Below, one piece after another: positions 42,553-57,639 of a DNA stretch of 64,000 bases; the stretch's first letter is position 1, and each line of letters begins with the position of its first letter. A program made the translations under genes and the position numbers. The stretch is from the human T2T-CHM13v2.0 reference genome, Homo sapiens: assembly GCF_009914755.1 (NCBI RefSeq), contig NC_060929.1; one strand, 5' to 3'. The notes below the pieces were generated by a model. That model was not told the DNA's origin. It saw nothing but the letters and a program-made list of their open reading frames with translations, and ran no database searches.

Positions 42553-43923
42553 GAACAAATGAGGCCCAAAGTTAGCATAGGAAGTAAATAATAAATATCA
42601 GAAAAGAAATAAATGAAATAGAGCTAGAAAAACAATATAAAAGATCAATAAAACTAAGAGTTGGTATTTTGAAAAGAAAAAATAGACAAACCTGTAGCTA
42701 GACTAAGAAAAAAGAGAAGACTCAAATAAAATTACAAATGAAAGAGGAGGCATTATAACTGACACTTCAAAAATACAAAGTTCTGCTATGAAGATTTATC
42801 TGCCAACATTTTGGATAACCTAGGTGAAATAGATTTCTGGACACATGCAACCTACCAGGAATGAATTTTAAAGAAATTGAAAATCTGAAAAGACCAATAA
42901 CTGGTGAGGAAACTGAATCAGTAATATAAAGTCCCCTATCAAAGGAAAGCACAGAACCTGATGGCTTCACTACTGAATTCTGCCAAACATTTAAAGAATA
43001 CCAAACCTTCTCAAACTCTTCTAAATCAAAGAGGAGGAAATACTTTCAAATTCATTTTATGAGTTATTATGATATCAAAGCCAGGAAAGGGCATTATAAG
43101 AAAAGAAAATTACCCATCAGATACTAGCAAACTGAATTCAACGGCACACTGAAAGGATCACTCATCATGATCAAGTGGGATTTATCCCTGGGATTCCAGG
43201 ATGGTTCAAAATGCACAAATCATTAAATGTGATACTTCACATTAACAGAATGAGGGATAGAAACCATACTATCATTTCATTAGATGCAGAAAAAGCTTTT
43301 GACAAAATTCAACATCCTTTAATGATAGAAACTTTCACCAGTGATAGAAACTTTATACCAATTAGGCATAGAAGGAAAGTACCTCAACACAATAAAGGTC
43401 ATATATGAGAAGCCCACAGCAAACATGCTCAATAATGAAAAATTAAAAGCCTTCCTCTAAGGTCTGGGACAAAAAATAGTGTTCACTCTCCCCACTTCTA
43501 GTCACTGTAGTATTGGAAGTCTTAAAGGCATCCAAAACAGGAAAGAAAAAAGTGAAATTGTCACTATTTTCTGATGACATAATCTTATATTAATATATAG
43601 AAAAAGCCTGAAGATGCCATAAATTGTTAAAACTAATAAGTGAATGCAGTAAAGTTAGACGATACAACATACAAAAATCAGTTGCATTACTATACACTAA
43701 CAATGAACTATCTAAAAAACAATTCAAGAGAACAATTCTATTTACAGTAGCTACAAAAATAAAATAAAAACCTTTTTTTTTCGAAATAGGGGCTTGCTCT
43801 GTTGCCCACAGTGGAATACAGTGTCATGATCATAGCTCACTTTAACCTTCTGGGTTCAAGTGATCCTCCCAGCCTCAGCCTTTGAAGTAGTTGGGCCTAC
43901 AGGCACACACCACCATGCCTAGC

Positions 43924-43958
<35 letters not shown>

Positions 43959-45905
43959 GTAGAGATGGGATCTTATTATAATATCTAAGCTGGTCTTGAA
44001 CTCTTGGCCTTGAACACTCCTCCTGCTTTGGCCTCCTAAAATGCTGGGATTATAGATCATATGCCCAGTACATAAAATACTTTAATAGGAACAAATTTAA
44101 CCAAGGAGATGAAACACCTGTACACTGAAAACTACGAGTATGGAGGACAAAACAAATAATGGAAAGATATACTGTGTTTATGGTTTGAAAGAATGAATAT
44201 TTTTTAAATGTCTATACTACTCAAAGTGATCCACAGATTCAGTGCCATTACTATCAAAATTCTAGTCACTTTTTAATAGAAATAGTAAAAATAATTGTAA
44301 AATTCATATGGAACCACAAGAGACCCAACAATGGTCTTTGATAGCCAAGGCAATCAGGAATAAAAAGAACAAAGCTGGAGGCATGACTATATCGCAAAGG
44401 TATAGTAATTAAAATGGCACGGTACTGGCATAAAAATGGACATGTTGACCAATGGAATAACATAGAAAGTGCAGAAATGAACCCACACATGTATAGTCAA
44501 CTGACTTTTGACAGAGTTGCCAAGAACACGCAATAGAAAATGATAGTCTCTCAATAAATGCTGTTGGGAAACCTGGATGTACACATGTAAAAAATGAAAT
44601 TGGATTTTTATCTCATACCATATACAAAAATCAAGTCAAAATGGATTGAAGTTGTAAACATAAACCAGACACTGTAAAACTACTAGAAGAAAACATAGGG
44701 GAAAAGCTTCACAACACTGGTGTGAGCAAAGATTTTTTGGATTTGACCCCCAAAGTACAGACAACAAAACCAAAAATAGACAAATAGGATTACATTAAAC
44801 TAAAACGTGTCTACAGAGCAAAGGAAACAATTAACAGTGAGAAGGAACAACTAAGAATTGAGAGAAAATGTTTGTAAGTCATACATCTGGTAAGGGGTTA
44901 ATATCCAAAATATATAAGAAACTCAATTCAATAGCAAGAAAACAAAAAACCCAATTAAAAATGGGCAAGGGACTCCAATAGAAATTTCTCAAAAGAAGAC
45001 ATACAAATGGCCAACAGATTTGTTAGAAAATGCCCAACATTGCTAATCATTAAGTAAATGCAAATTAAAACCACAATAAGATGGACTCTCACACAGGTCA
45101 GAATGACTATTATTAAAGTGATGAAAGATAGCAAGTGTTGGCAGGGATGTAGAGAAAAGGAAATCCCTGTACGCTGTTAGTGGGGATGTAAATTGGTACA
45201 GCCCTTATGGAAAACTGTATGGAAGTTCCTCAAGAAATCTAAAAATAGAATTACTATGTGATCCAGTAATCCTACTTTTTTGTATTTACCAAAAGTATTT
45301 GAAATCAGTTTGTCAAGAGATGTCTACATTCTTAGGATCATTGCAGCACTAGTCACAACAGACAAGTTGCGAGTCAACCTAAATGTCTGTCAACAGATGA
45401 ATGGATAAGGAAAATGTGATATATATACACAATGGAATACTATTCAGCCTTCAAAAAGAATGAGATCTGGTCATTTGCAGCAACAGAAATGGAACGGGAG
45501 GACATTATGCCCAGTGAAATAAGTCAAATGCAGAAAAGCAAATATTGCATGTTGTCATTTATATGTACAATCTAAAACAATCAAATCTACAAAAGTGGAG
45601 AGTAAAGTGGTGGTTACAGAGGATGGTGGATGGGGCAAATGAGGAGGTGATGTTACAAAATCTCAGGAGAAATTAATTTGTTTTTTTTTTTAGATCTCTT
45701 GCACAATGTGGTCAGTATAGTTAATGATAGTGCATTGTAACATCTCAAAATTGCCGAGAGTAAACTTCAGATGTTCTCACCACAAAAAAATAGATAAGTA
45801 TTTGAGGGGATGGGTATGTTAATTAGTTTAATTTCCTTATTCTACACTGTATTCATAAATCATAAAATCATAAATATATATGATTATATAATTCATAACA
45901 AATAA
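42553..45905 (+). mobile_element. L1MA host, rest of ORF2 and 3'UTR
   Basis: ORF 43175-43408 reads [10 protein letters not shown]...[16 protein letters not shown] (RT motif). L1MA-type 3'UTR gttctcaccacaaaaaaatagataagtatttgagg. Confidence 0.9.
43773..44068 (-). mobile_element. AluJ (diverged) with (ttttg)n linker
   Basis: gcttgctctgttgccc...atcatagctcac...ctggtcttgaactc...gctgggattata. Confidence 0.85.
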
Positions 45906-48900
45906 AGTAAAATAATTATGAGCGCATCTACTGCACACATCACTAATTCCATCTGAAAAAGTATTAAATTAAAAAATCTTTTGTATCAGAGAAAGTCAGT
46001 GGATACCCTTGATATTTTCTTTACAGAACATAATTAGCTTAACTCTTACGTAACTCAAAATTTGTGTAAATATTTTACATTTCAAAGTGTTAAATATCTT
46101 CTACTTCATTTTCCAAACACCAGATTAGATCTACTTTGGCTTTCTGAGGCAGATAATTTGTTTCAATCAGAAATTGTTGTTAGATAGTTCCCTTAAATAA
46201 TTGAAATGCTGTTTGAGCTTTTTCCTGTAGCCCCAGAAATTAACATGATACCTTGTACAACAAAAGCTGACATTACACACGCTCATTAGATAATTTTTCT
46301 TTGACTCTCAACTAATTATTAATATTTTTCCTTTTTACATATCTATTTAAAAATATAATTATTTGAGCATTAGACAATGTGAGATATGGCAATTGCTTTA
46401 TTTAATCTTATTTAACCTTAATGACAGTCTTGTGAGTTATATTATAATCTTCATTTTAAAAATGACAAAAATAAGGCTCAGAAAGATTAACTCACCTAAT
46501 GTTTCCTGCTGAATAAATATTAGAGCCGTAACTGAATCCAAGGACTCTTACACAAAAATCTATTATCTTAAGTGCTGTAATATCTGGTCTCCTCATTATT
46601 CTACTCAGTATGAGGAAGTCAATTTTCTACAAAAGGTGATTATTTATTCATAAACGTAATGTTATTTTCCCTTTTGTTTGTTAATGAAGCATTTTTGCTG
46701 TCACAGGTGTGTTGTAGATCACGTCAGGACTCTCAACTGATCAGGGATTGTTCCTTGAGGTAGAAACATGAGAGCAGCTGCAATTTTTATTGCAAATAAC
46801 TGGTCAGCAGCTTCCTGCAATAGAGAGTGTGGCATTGGTCATATGTCAGGAAACTGGAAGAAAGAGACTCAATAAGTCTGTCCATGATGACATTTTAAAA
46901 CACCAAAAGGCACCAATAAATAAACAAATCTGTTTTTTCCTCAATCTCTGGCTTAATCTACTCTCTTCCTTTGCAAGTCTGATTCTTCCCAATAAAACCC
47001 ACCAAAAGTTACCCCTTACGTTGTGAAAAAGTTAAATACCTAGTTAATTTTCTCTTCAGTCTTTTAAAGTATTTTAGCTTTATCAAGACTGATGAATAAT
47101 TATACAATATTTTGGTTATAGAATATTTTGACAAATTTTAATTGGAAAATATTGGTCAGAGAGAGAAATCTGTTGTATAGGGAGAAAAACTCATCAAAGA
47201 GTTACCTTATTAAATTAGAGAAATGTTGTGTGGGTCAAAAACTGTGCAGGTTAGACAAGACTTGAGGAGCTAGAAGGAGACATTATAGAGAGAAAGAGGA
47301 AAAATGAAAGAGAAGAGAGACAATGAATAAATATATGACAAGGGAAATCAGGGACAAGAGCAGTATAATTTCCATTCTTTTGACCAAAGAGTGAAGTCAG
47401 TGGAGAACCCACAAGTAAAATGTATTTAAAAAGAAAGTTTTGCTCAAAACTGTGCTTCCCATAGTCTTCTATTACCTGTTCTGTCAAAAGGAACCCTACC
47501 TCATGGTGATGATATTATACCTCATAAAGCCGTCTTCTAATAAAGGAAGAAGTGCTAAAAGTTAGGCCACTAATCGTCTATCTCATTAACTCCATTTTGG
47601 TGGAGGGTGTAAGGAGATCTGGGGTGGAATTTGAGAAGTTTTTATCACTTCGAAGGGGAGGAATATGAGTAAAAAGTGTAACTTGTACTTGCACCTTTGA
47701 GAGTTTAAGGCTTATATGGCAACTTGTTTCTCCTGCTGACTCTAGTCAAGTCAATGTAACCAACATGGTCACCTGTAGTAAACATATGTGTAAAATGAGT
47801 TATATAATTGAGTCTTCATTATCTTGGACATACTGGCCACCATTATTGCTTGGAAAGGAGCCCAGAATACCCTGGACTGGAAAAGGCTAATTTTTCTCAT
47901 ACTAATGTAAAGATTGCAACCAAGGTAAGCAGGCTGCTGTTATCCTGTCCTAGGAGGCTAGCCTGTTGTTTGTAAAATACCTCCTCTTTGTGTCTTCTAC
48001 CTTTCTGCTGAATGCAGAATATACCCTTTGTATTCTCTTTGTAGTTTAATTTATATTATAAAAAGATCATGTTGGATACTCTTCAAGGGGAATAGAACTG
48101 TAACGAAATATGTGACAACATTAGAAAGTAAATTAAATTCTCATTAAGAGACTTAAATTGCAAATGAGTGCAGTCCTTCTCAGGGACCCTGCATGATTTG
48201 TCATCACTAATGAGCTTTTATTGGCGTGCTCGTCCTTCTCTCTTGCTCCTACCCTGCACTAGTCAGGAGATGCATTCCAGTTTCTGAGTGGCAATTGTGG
48301 CTGCTGGCTTCTTCCTCGTTCTTCTGGCCATAGTATACACCAATTCTCAGGAAAGATTAATTTTCTCTTTCATTGTAGGGCAGCACTGTCTAAAAGCAGG
48401 GTTACTTTATTTACAAAATAAATTGCAATATTTGTTGAGACTCAGGAGTAAAAAGCAACCCCTGGAAAGACTGTTTAATACTGTGGCTGATTAGAGCTTG
48501 TGAATACTTGACCTCAATACTTTGATACACCAGTACATTCACCAAAAGCTGAACTAATGAATGTGCTTAATTTGATTTCTTTTGTAAGTAAAGAAATTGT
48601 GGTGCTTGTTGATACGAAGTTGGCCTCCTGTTGCTTTTTTAACTGGTAGTAAAAATAGATGGCTCCTTATTCATCTCTGCTTTTGCAATAATCTTGTCCT
48701 CTCTGCAATCAACAGAATGATTTTTAGGTATGTAAGTGCTGTTAATCAAAGTGTGAAACTGTTGGCCACAGAAAAGAAAAGAGAAAAAATGAGAGAGAAC
48801 AAATGTGTCAGCCAAATGAGAAAGAAATGCCTAGTTGGGCAGAAAGTTTTAATGGAAGTAAATAAATACAGGGAAAATCAAGCAAGAGACTACTTTTTCT

Positions 48901-51086
48901 ACTGCCCTGTACACCTGTGGTAATTGCAATAGTCCACAGTTGACTAAAAAGATAAAAGTAAATGTCTGCCAGAAAGTTAGGTCCTTTGGATTGAGGATGA
49001 AAAATGGCCTTTAGGGGAGTACAGAAAGTTCTTCAAAGGTTGTTCTGTCCTGAATACCAAACAGGCACTCTGGACAGATTTTGTTCAGAAGTGCTGAGAA
49101 AAGGTGATGTTGGCTGATGCCAACATAGCTATCTGGGAAGACAGTGCTTACTAATGAGTGGTTCACCTGAACTAATGTTGCCCATAATGTTTTCCTGCCT
49201 TGAGCTGCGGTTGGGGAAGGTGAAGATACCAAAATTCAAATTCATACATTTAAAAATTTAATGTTTTCCTTGCCGTTATACAGGTCTGTGTTCAGAACAA
49301 AATTCTTCTCATTAATCCTTCATGACCTGTACTTTGGCATTGCTACCTTTTATATTTTAAAATGCCTCAATAATATCATGGAGTTTTATTATTCCCATTT
49401 ATGGATAGAATTCTCTAGGGCATAAACTGCTTCAAATGAACTTACTTGGGCTTGAAAATAAATTACTATTTATTAGAACTCATTTTCCTTTAGGGCTTTT
49501 TTTCTAAAGTTGTCACATTTTATACTTAAATTTATTTCACTTGTAGCAATTATACAGTGTGCCTTATGTCTGAGGACACGCTAACTCACCATTTAACACA
49601 TTTATAGGTCAATTGATATTATTTAAATCTCTAAGCCAGGAACAGACATCCTGACTACCTAAGTTATTTAAGGGATTCATGGGGGATGAAGACAAAGATG
49701 TTTTTATTACTCTTTGCTTTTTCAGTTAATACAGTTATTGCTTTAATTATTTAAAATACTAAGCAGTAACATCTGCTATCTTTTGATTAATACTATAGAA
49801 ATTGACAATGCTTCTTGGTCCTTGAGTTGTGTTCATTATGTAAATAAAAATAATTTTTGATAAAAATGTCCTGGAAGTAAAAATGAATTAGAGAACATTT
49901 TGCTCTTATTTCTTAGTAAACTGTGAATCATTTAGTGCATGGTTTAATTCAAGAATTAAAAAAACTATTTGTAGAGGTATGAGTTTATAGGTAAAAATTT
50001 TTCAGTTGCTGGGAAATCAGATTCTCCTCTTTGTGTCTATTTATTTGGTGGTTCTTTATATGCATTTAAATCTGGATAATGGATGGAGAATTTGATTACA
50101 CAGTAAAAATACCAGTTTGTAAAAAGTAAACATGCCTGGGATAATTTTGTCTTTAAGGCAGTATACCTCTTCTAATGATGCTGGTGGTGATGATAAATAT
50201 CCCTACCTATTTATAATCATCGATCTATTGTGTATCTATATTGAATTCTGTTTTAAAATTATCTTTTGAGCCAGGTCACATGCCACACAAAAAAATTAAT
50301 CTTATTACATTGTAGGCATACCTTGGTTTTTATCCCAAATAGTTAATGTTTTTTTTTCTAGAGGCTTGTTTCCAAATGATTTGGCTGTTGTAAAATATTA
50401 CATTTGCTTTCAGAATGAGTGAAGCCACTGGAAAATTAAAAGAGAATTTCAAATGTATTCTCATCATGGTCTCATGAATAGCATACCAAATTACCATGAG
50501 GAAGGACACAGCAATGATCCAGGGTATTGAGTTTTCTAAGTCTCCTTACTAAAGATTCACAATTCAGATTTATTTTTCTGGAGCTAAAGAGAAACTGATT
50601 TCCAGAGATTTTCTTTTGACTATTGAAACAACAACCTTGAATGAAAGCAATATTTTGGAATTTAAAAAACACAAATGGCTCTTATGAAGAAATAAAAGAA
50701 AATGTTTTTTAATGTACTACTTTATTTCCTTTGTATGTTCCCTTTGGAATCTTCTGAGAGACCATCTGAGTGGTGATGATGCTGAGAAGGGTACAGGGAT
50801 GGATAGAGCCCAGAGGCCCTATGTACTTTAAAGAGACAGAATAGTGTCTCCTCTACACTTAGTCTCATGCAAAAACGTTACTAAACTGTAAAGTGTGTGT
50901 AAGAAAGTCTGAGTTCTGATTTCTTCAAGATAATAATTTTAGTAAAAATATATTAAAATGTCAAATTATTTTCAGTCCTTTTTTCTCATATTTTTTGATG
51001 CTTCTGGTTTGCTGTCATCCTCAGATTTTTCTGCTTGTTGCCACGGCTTTAGGAAAGGAGTTTGGGCAAAGATAAGGTGAACTTAC

Positions 51087-51139
51087 AGTGTCTGCTCAAA
51101 GATCCCTCATGTCCAGAAACAGAATAAATACATGTGGAC
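51087..51139 (-). other. Candidate small exon (53 nt)
   Basis: Minus strand: tagtttcctcccag|GTCCAC...AGACACT|gtaagt. Confidence 0.3.
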
Positions 51140-53248
51140 CTGGGAGGAAACTAATTATTTCTTTAGAATTGAAAAAGAGCAAAGTGCCTGAACGTGCATT
51201 ATTTTTAAAGTATCTTGTGAGATTTTTAAAGAATACTGAATGGTTGGCAATATATAACAAATTCATCAAAAATTTAGTATTGCATAATGGTTTTCTGCTC
51301 AAACAGTGAAATACTCTTTGGGGAGTGGCTTCAGAGGGATATTGGCTTCTGCTTTTTCCTTTCACAATTCAGAATGTAAAATGCTTAAAGGTGTTACAAA
51401 TACTTGGATTAAACCTAACTAATAATCCCAGAGTAATCAATACCAACATTTCTATAATTTTTACATTTGCTGTCAAAGAAGGGATTATCACTGCACAGAG
51501 TAAATTGCATGACATTTATAAAATATTTAAAAGGAATGGTGTTTGCTGATCTGGAGCTCTATGCACATATTTAAAAAGCAAACATAAAGGTCTATAAAAT
51601 AAAAAAAAAAACCCAAAAGATACAAGTGCACATCCCCCAGGTAACTGTGAAAAAACATGACCACCAAAAGTGTTAGTTTTCAGAATAATAAATGGTCAAA
51701 AGAACTTGACCATATGTCAGAGTTGCATTTCTCAAAGTGTGCTGGACACTTAGTGCCCCTGGAAATATTTGAGGAATCCTAACCCAATATGCTGGTTTCA
51801 GAGAAAAAACAATCATTAAACATGTTAAACATTCATTTAAAATTTGAAATATAAAATTACTTATAATTTCACAGAAATTCTTAAATATTTTAAATTATTT
51901 TCAAACAGTGGCTATGCATTAATTTTTTTTACATGAGATAATATGTTAGCTGGGTTGAAGTTGGCTAATGTATTTTCATATTCTTTGTATATCAATGTTT
52001 TTGTTTGCCAATTTTTTAGTGTTTTGTCATACTATTGTGCTAACACTATAGCCATGATTCACAAACATGTCAAAATGGCTCAAAAGGAATCCTTAAAGCA
52101 CCAAAGAATGAATGCAAATTGTATTCTAAATACTACAACTCAGAATAATTTTTATACTGTAAGTAATGAACAGACCTCTTGCAAACTTAGATGTGACTCT
52201 TTCTTTAGAATCACATGCAATGTGAATGTTCTAGTATGTTATTTTTTGCAAAAACATCAAAAAGGAAAAGATAAAGTACTTAATAAAATCACACATGCTT
52301 GCATATTAGATTTTATTAACAGGCAATCTACTTGTCTTGAGTCCTGAGAACATTGTATAAAACTTAGTTACAAAGAAAGTCTCATAAGTCATTAACACTT
52401 TGCATTAGAAAACTCAGTGAATTTTTTGGTAAACTCGAATTAACTTTTCTCCCAGAGCAAGTGCAAAATCTATGTTTTCTGTCTTAGACCTAAGCTCTTC
52501 TGGCATCATTCAAAGTTTAACTCTTTGCATAAACACAGTTACAAGTTATACTATTTTCAAGAAGATTATAAACATATTTTCAAGAAGATTACAAATATAG
52601 CTACCAATAAATAAAATGGCATTTCTTTTTAGAGAGAAAGTAAAATGAACTTCTGGCTAGTTAGATAGCATATGTCTGTGTAATCACATCTTCTAGTTAG
52701 ATGTTTTATATCTAAGTTGCACAAAATTAGTAATGTGCAAAATATGATTTAGTTCCTGGCATATGAAGGAAAAGAACTTTGTGACTGCTCTTTGCATGTT
52801 ACAGAAAAACAATGTAATAAATTGTGATGTAGACTTGAAAAAATTACCATTGGGATTAGAATTGATGGAGTCTAAACACATATTTAGCAAGAAAGGGTAT
52901 TGCTACAAAAATTAGGTTGCCAAACCATACTTGTATTTTCTCTTCAAAGACTGTAGTGACAAGACATGAGCAAACGGTTACAGCTTATTTTGGGGAATAT
53001 ATTTTTAAGCTGATCAACCTAAAAAAAAGACATGATTAGCCCTGGTAATATAAATGCCTGAATGGATTTTTTCTCACAAATTTTATTATTTTTCTACCAA
53101 CACATAGAGGAAATGATGTGCTAAGAATAATATATTTCATGAACACTATTTGAAGGTCAATTTGGATTCACCCAAAGACAAATGGATTTTATGAGTCATT
53201 TTTTTCACCTTACCTTATACTTTGGAATCATCATTAAAAATTGGGGTT

Positions 53249-53523
<275 letters not shown>

Positions 53524-56394
53524 GTGGGGTCATGTTGTGAGCCATGATGGCAGTTAAGGTATACAGTAACAGTGCTGGAAGCAAAATGGGGGTCACACAT
53601 CTTCAAAAAGCCATATGAGACAGAAGCAGGTGTCATTCAACAATATGTTTCTTGCTGATGATTCATTTGGGAAACACATAGTGAAAATAGTGTGTCTGAG
53701 TAAACTATACTCCCTGAGTAGATGCATGTTTATGGAAGAGTGACTAGTGAGAACATGGCTATTTTCCACATAGAGGAACAGTGACAAGGGGCAGGATGTT
53801 CATATGAGTTTATGAATTAGCAGATGATGGCTGATTTGTGCAACTCTATGCCATCAGCCTTTACCACTATGTGTTGGAGTGACTTCAGTAAACACATACA
53901 CACAGGAGCCATAGTATAATTATGTTTTTGCCAAGGACACCAGAATTTAATTTTAGAGGTAAATACAGGTTTATAATGTTTTAAAAACAAGAGAAATTTG
54001 GAGAGAAATGTCTAGATTCAGTCTGCAGTTGTGAGAAAAATTAATTACCAAGTCAAAGGAGAGCCTGCTTTCAAATCTTGTTACAGAAAGAAAAACAGAT
54101 CATATTAAGACTTCATTTCTACTCAGCACTATATTCTTTTTGTGGGGTTTGTAGAACAATGGAGATATTATATATTACCTTGATGCTTTCTCAGTTATTT
54201 GTGAGTTTTTTCACTTGGTTAGAAAAATAATTAATATGCAACATTATGGTGATCTGATGAGAAAGTAATATAAAAATATATTCATTCAGGCAATAATAAA
54301 AATATTTCTAACTTTTTGTATTTTACTACTAAATACATTTTTTGCTAATACTTAGAATTAGCTTTCTTGGGTATAAATGAGGAAGCTGCATGGTGTGAGA
54401 CTCTTAACCAAAACTGCATATCCCATTCCTCCTTGAGCCTCACTCTGGGAATCCTAATATGGTAGCTTTAGCATAGGACGTGGGCAGGTATGCACTGAAA
54501 AAATTTCAGTAAGATCTGTTATCAGTTATGAATCACTAAATAAAATGTTTCTAAAATTTATTATCACTCTATTACTATACACTTCTCACCTTCAGAACAG
54601 ATACAATTGTGTAACTTCTCATCTTTTTCTGCTGGTAATATTTTCAAACATATTCTTGCTTCCTGAATCTCCCTTCAATTTTTTCATCTATTTATCTATT
54701 CCTTCTACTTCTAATTAAATTACATGTTTATTTATAGCCATATATATATGAAAAGAACTTATATAATAAGCATGTGTGCATTTACTTCTGTATACATATG
54801 CATCTGTGTATAAAGCACACACATGTATACATGTACATATACAAGAAGTCTTGCTTATGTCATCCATATTTTCATATGACTTGTCCTTTGTTCTCTCAGA
54901 CAAAAATGTCAAAGGAGAATGATTATATGTTATGCTAAGGCTGCTGCGGAATGTACTGAAGTATTCTAAGGGACTACTAGGGAAATGAAACCATTCAAGG
55001 ATATTTTCAATACTGAAAATGGTATCTGTGTCTAGGCTTAAGTAATGTGTACCTAAATTGAAATATACTATCTTTATCAATATCATTGTTACAATATTTT
55101 TCAACTGCCAGATGTAATAATATTATTCTTTCTTATTTTATGAATGTATTATAAAACTCTCATTATTTTTAATATTTACACCATCCACTATTGGTGTGTT
55201 TTTTGAGTGAGGAATCATGCTTTTCCCAAATAATCTAGGATTCTAAAAATTGTGAAAATATTCTACAAGTAAACATACAACTTTACTTCTTTAATTTACT
55301 AGTGGTTGCTCAGTTTTTTACCTATAAATTTAAATGCATAAATCACTCATTTTAGTACTGTAGTAAAGCAGCTTAATAATGGTATGACCAGATATTTTTC
55401 ATACAAAGCATCAAGGATCTTAAGAGTAGTCTGCACTTTCCACCTTCTTCTTTGGGTATGTTCATATGCCCCCAGGAATGTTAAGCATTTTTAAACCATT
55501 CTCCCTTATACAATTTCATTCCAATAATCTCTTAAATGTGGGTCTTGTGGAGTAGTAAACTGCAGTGCAGTTTTATCAGATATCTTAATGACACCACAAT
55601 CCCTGATAATTTTGTTCCTCATATCCTTCTTGGAATCTCTGAATAAGAGGGAGAGAAATTAGAATAATTCAAACCATCCTCTTTTCATATCATTAAACAA
55701 CTGCAGTCTTCATAAAGTCTTAGATGACAATGTGAGAATGAGAGAAAATGACAATTACGTGCGACTTACAGGATATAAAAACAACTTGAATTATTACATC
55801 TTTCTGATGAGATGCAGAATTTCTACTTTCAGACATATCTGGCCTTTTAAAAGGATAAGTAAAATGTTAGATTTAAAAATAATATTTAAAGCGTTAATTC
55901 ATTTTGCTGAGAATCTAATATAAATACTATTTTAGGATGATAGCCTTTTTATTTGATTATGAATAAAACTAGCTTTTATTTCATCTTAACTTAATCTCCC
56001 TCAGAATTATGTTCAAGGATAGTCAAATATCACCAGGCATATCCAGCTCATTTGTGTTCCCTACCTTGTTTAAATAATCAATTTTAGAAATATTTTAAAA
56101 GACTGCTTCAAGCCTGTGAACTCATTTTTAGTGATTTATGATGCTAGAAATGTTGATATTTCTATTCAGTGTTTCACCTCTTCATGCATCACTGAGGTTG
56201 TTTGAGTTATATAAATCCTCATCATTGATAGTTGAAACACTATGAAATCAGTGAAGTGTTTCTACTATCTCTTTTCCGTTCTCTTACTATTATTAATAGC
56301 TTTGTTCTCCAATGAGATCAAAATGGTGTGTGTTGGGCCATGTTAAAGAACCTTTTTCACCGTCATGTGTTTTTACCTTAATGAGTGGATGATG

Positions 56395-56600
56395 AAATGA
56401 TTCCAGTCTGACTATCTGGATTTGAGTCCTAGCTCTCCCAGTTTCTCACTATGTGATATTGAACAAGCATTTCCACCTCTTTGTTCTTTGATCTAGAATA
56501 ATAAGATAAGTAGTGTTACTAGTCTCATAGAGATTGTTAGGTTTAAATGAATCATTATGTGTAGAGGTTGTAGAATGGTACGTGACATAGATCTCAATAA
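56395..56600 (+). mobile_element. MIR SINE, degraded
   Basis: cagtctgactatctggatttgagtcctagctct...ctatgtgatattgaacaag...ctcatagagattgttaggtttaaatga...ctcaataa. Confidence 0.65.
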
Positions 56601-57639
56601 TATACAACTACATTATATGTTCTCTTTTAAAATGATTTCAGAAAATCAGTTATGTTTCTGTATTCAACAACTTTAGGAATGACTTAATATGTTGTCAGTA
56701 CATTAAAGAATGTCTTAGTATGTTGTCACACTGGGTAGAACTGGAATGCAACACCCATAGTCATTACAGTGCTAAGATGTATAAGAGAATTAATCAGGGG
56801 CACAGACAACAAAATAATCACCGAGTATTTTGATAAATGTTCTAATGGGGAAGGTATGAGGTGCTCATTGAGGCTAATTATCCTGAATTTGAGCATTAAG
56901 GGAGAGTTTCCTGGAGGAAATTGGGCAGATTGAAAACTACTCAGTATTTTTGTTCCAAATGATCCAGTGATAACATTTTTGAATAATTGTTAATATATTT
57001 AGTAAAATCCTTCATGACACTTTTTGGATGGTGAATCTCTTCCGGACTCCTGGAAAAATGCAGTTTTTGATCTAATGCCATCAGATTGCATTTCCCCTAC
57101 CCATTATTGTTGCAGTTATCAACCAGCAACTGGGTTACTCTCCAATTTCTTGAAGATTTTTATTCTTAACTCATTCTTTCCATATTTGACTCATTTCTAT
57201 TATGACTTGGTGATTTTACATTCATCTATTCTATACTGGCCTCTGTAGGCTTTGTCATTGCCAACACAAAGCCTGAATAATCTCAATCTCAAATTTTCTG
57301 GTTTGCGACCACCACAATCTGTCTTTCTAGCTCACTTCCTCTAGGGCTTTGAACCAAACGTTCTTTAACCCCACCAGGATTACAATCTGTCTTTTTATCT
57401 TTTTGTTTTTCCTCTCTGTTCTCATATCCTCAGTTACCCCCTTGTCCAAATTAACTTCCATGATCAACCATTATAATCATTTCCTTGCAAACACTTCAAC
57501 TACTTTGCCCCCTCATTTTGTCATACTTATGTGGCAAAACCCCAACCTTAGTTAAATATCTCTCTCTATAAGTGGAGATAAACACGCATTCATACAGTTT
57601 TACTTAAAATTCATCACCATCAATTTACTGTGGTCCTTT

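Noticed and set aside
46690-47930. Plus-strand splice-like sites (tcacag|gtgt near 46707, aag|gtaagc near 47924; isolated acceptors at 16002, 25940, 31300 and 49283)
   Set aside because: They could not be paired into convincing exons with an open recognisable frame. Such sites are frequent by chance.
51943-52347. 134-aa ORF (also 54715-55104, 48597-48923 and 31972-32253)
   Set aside because: No recognisable domain, composition typical of AT-rich non-coding DNA, and lengths within chance expectation.
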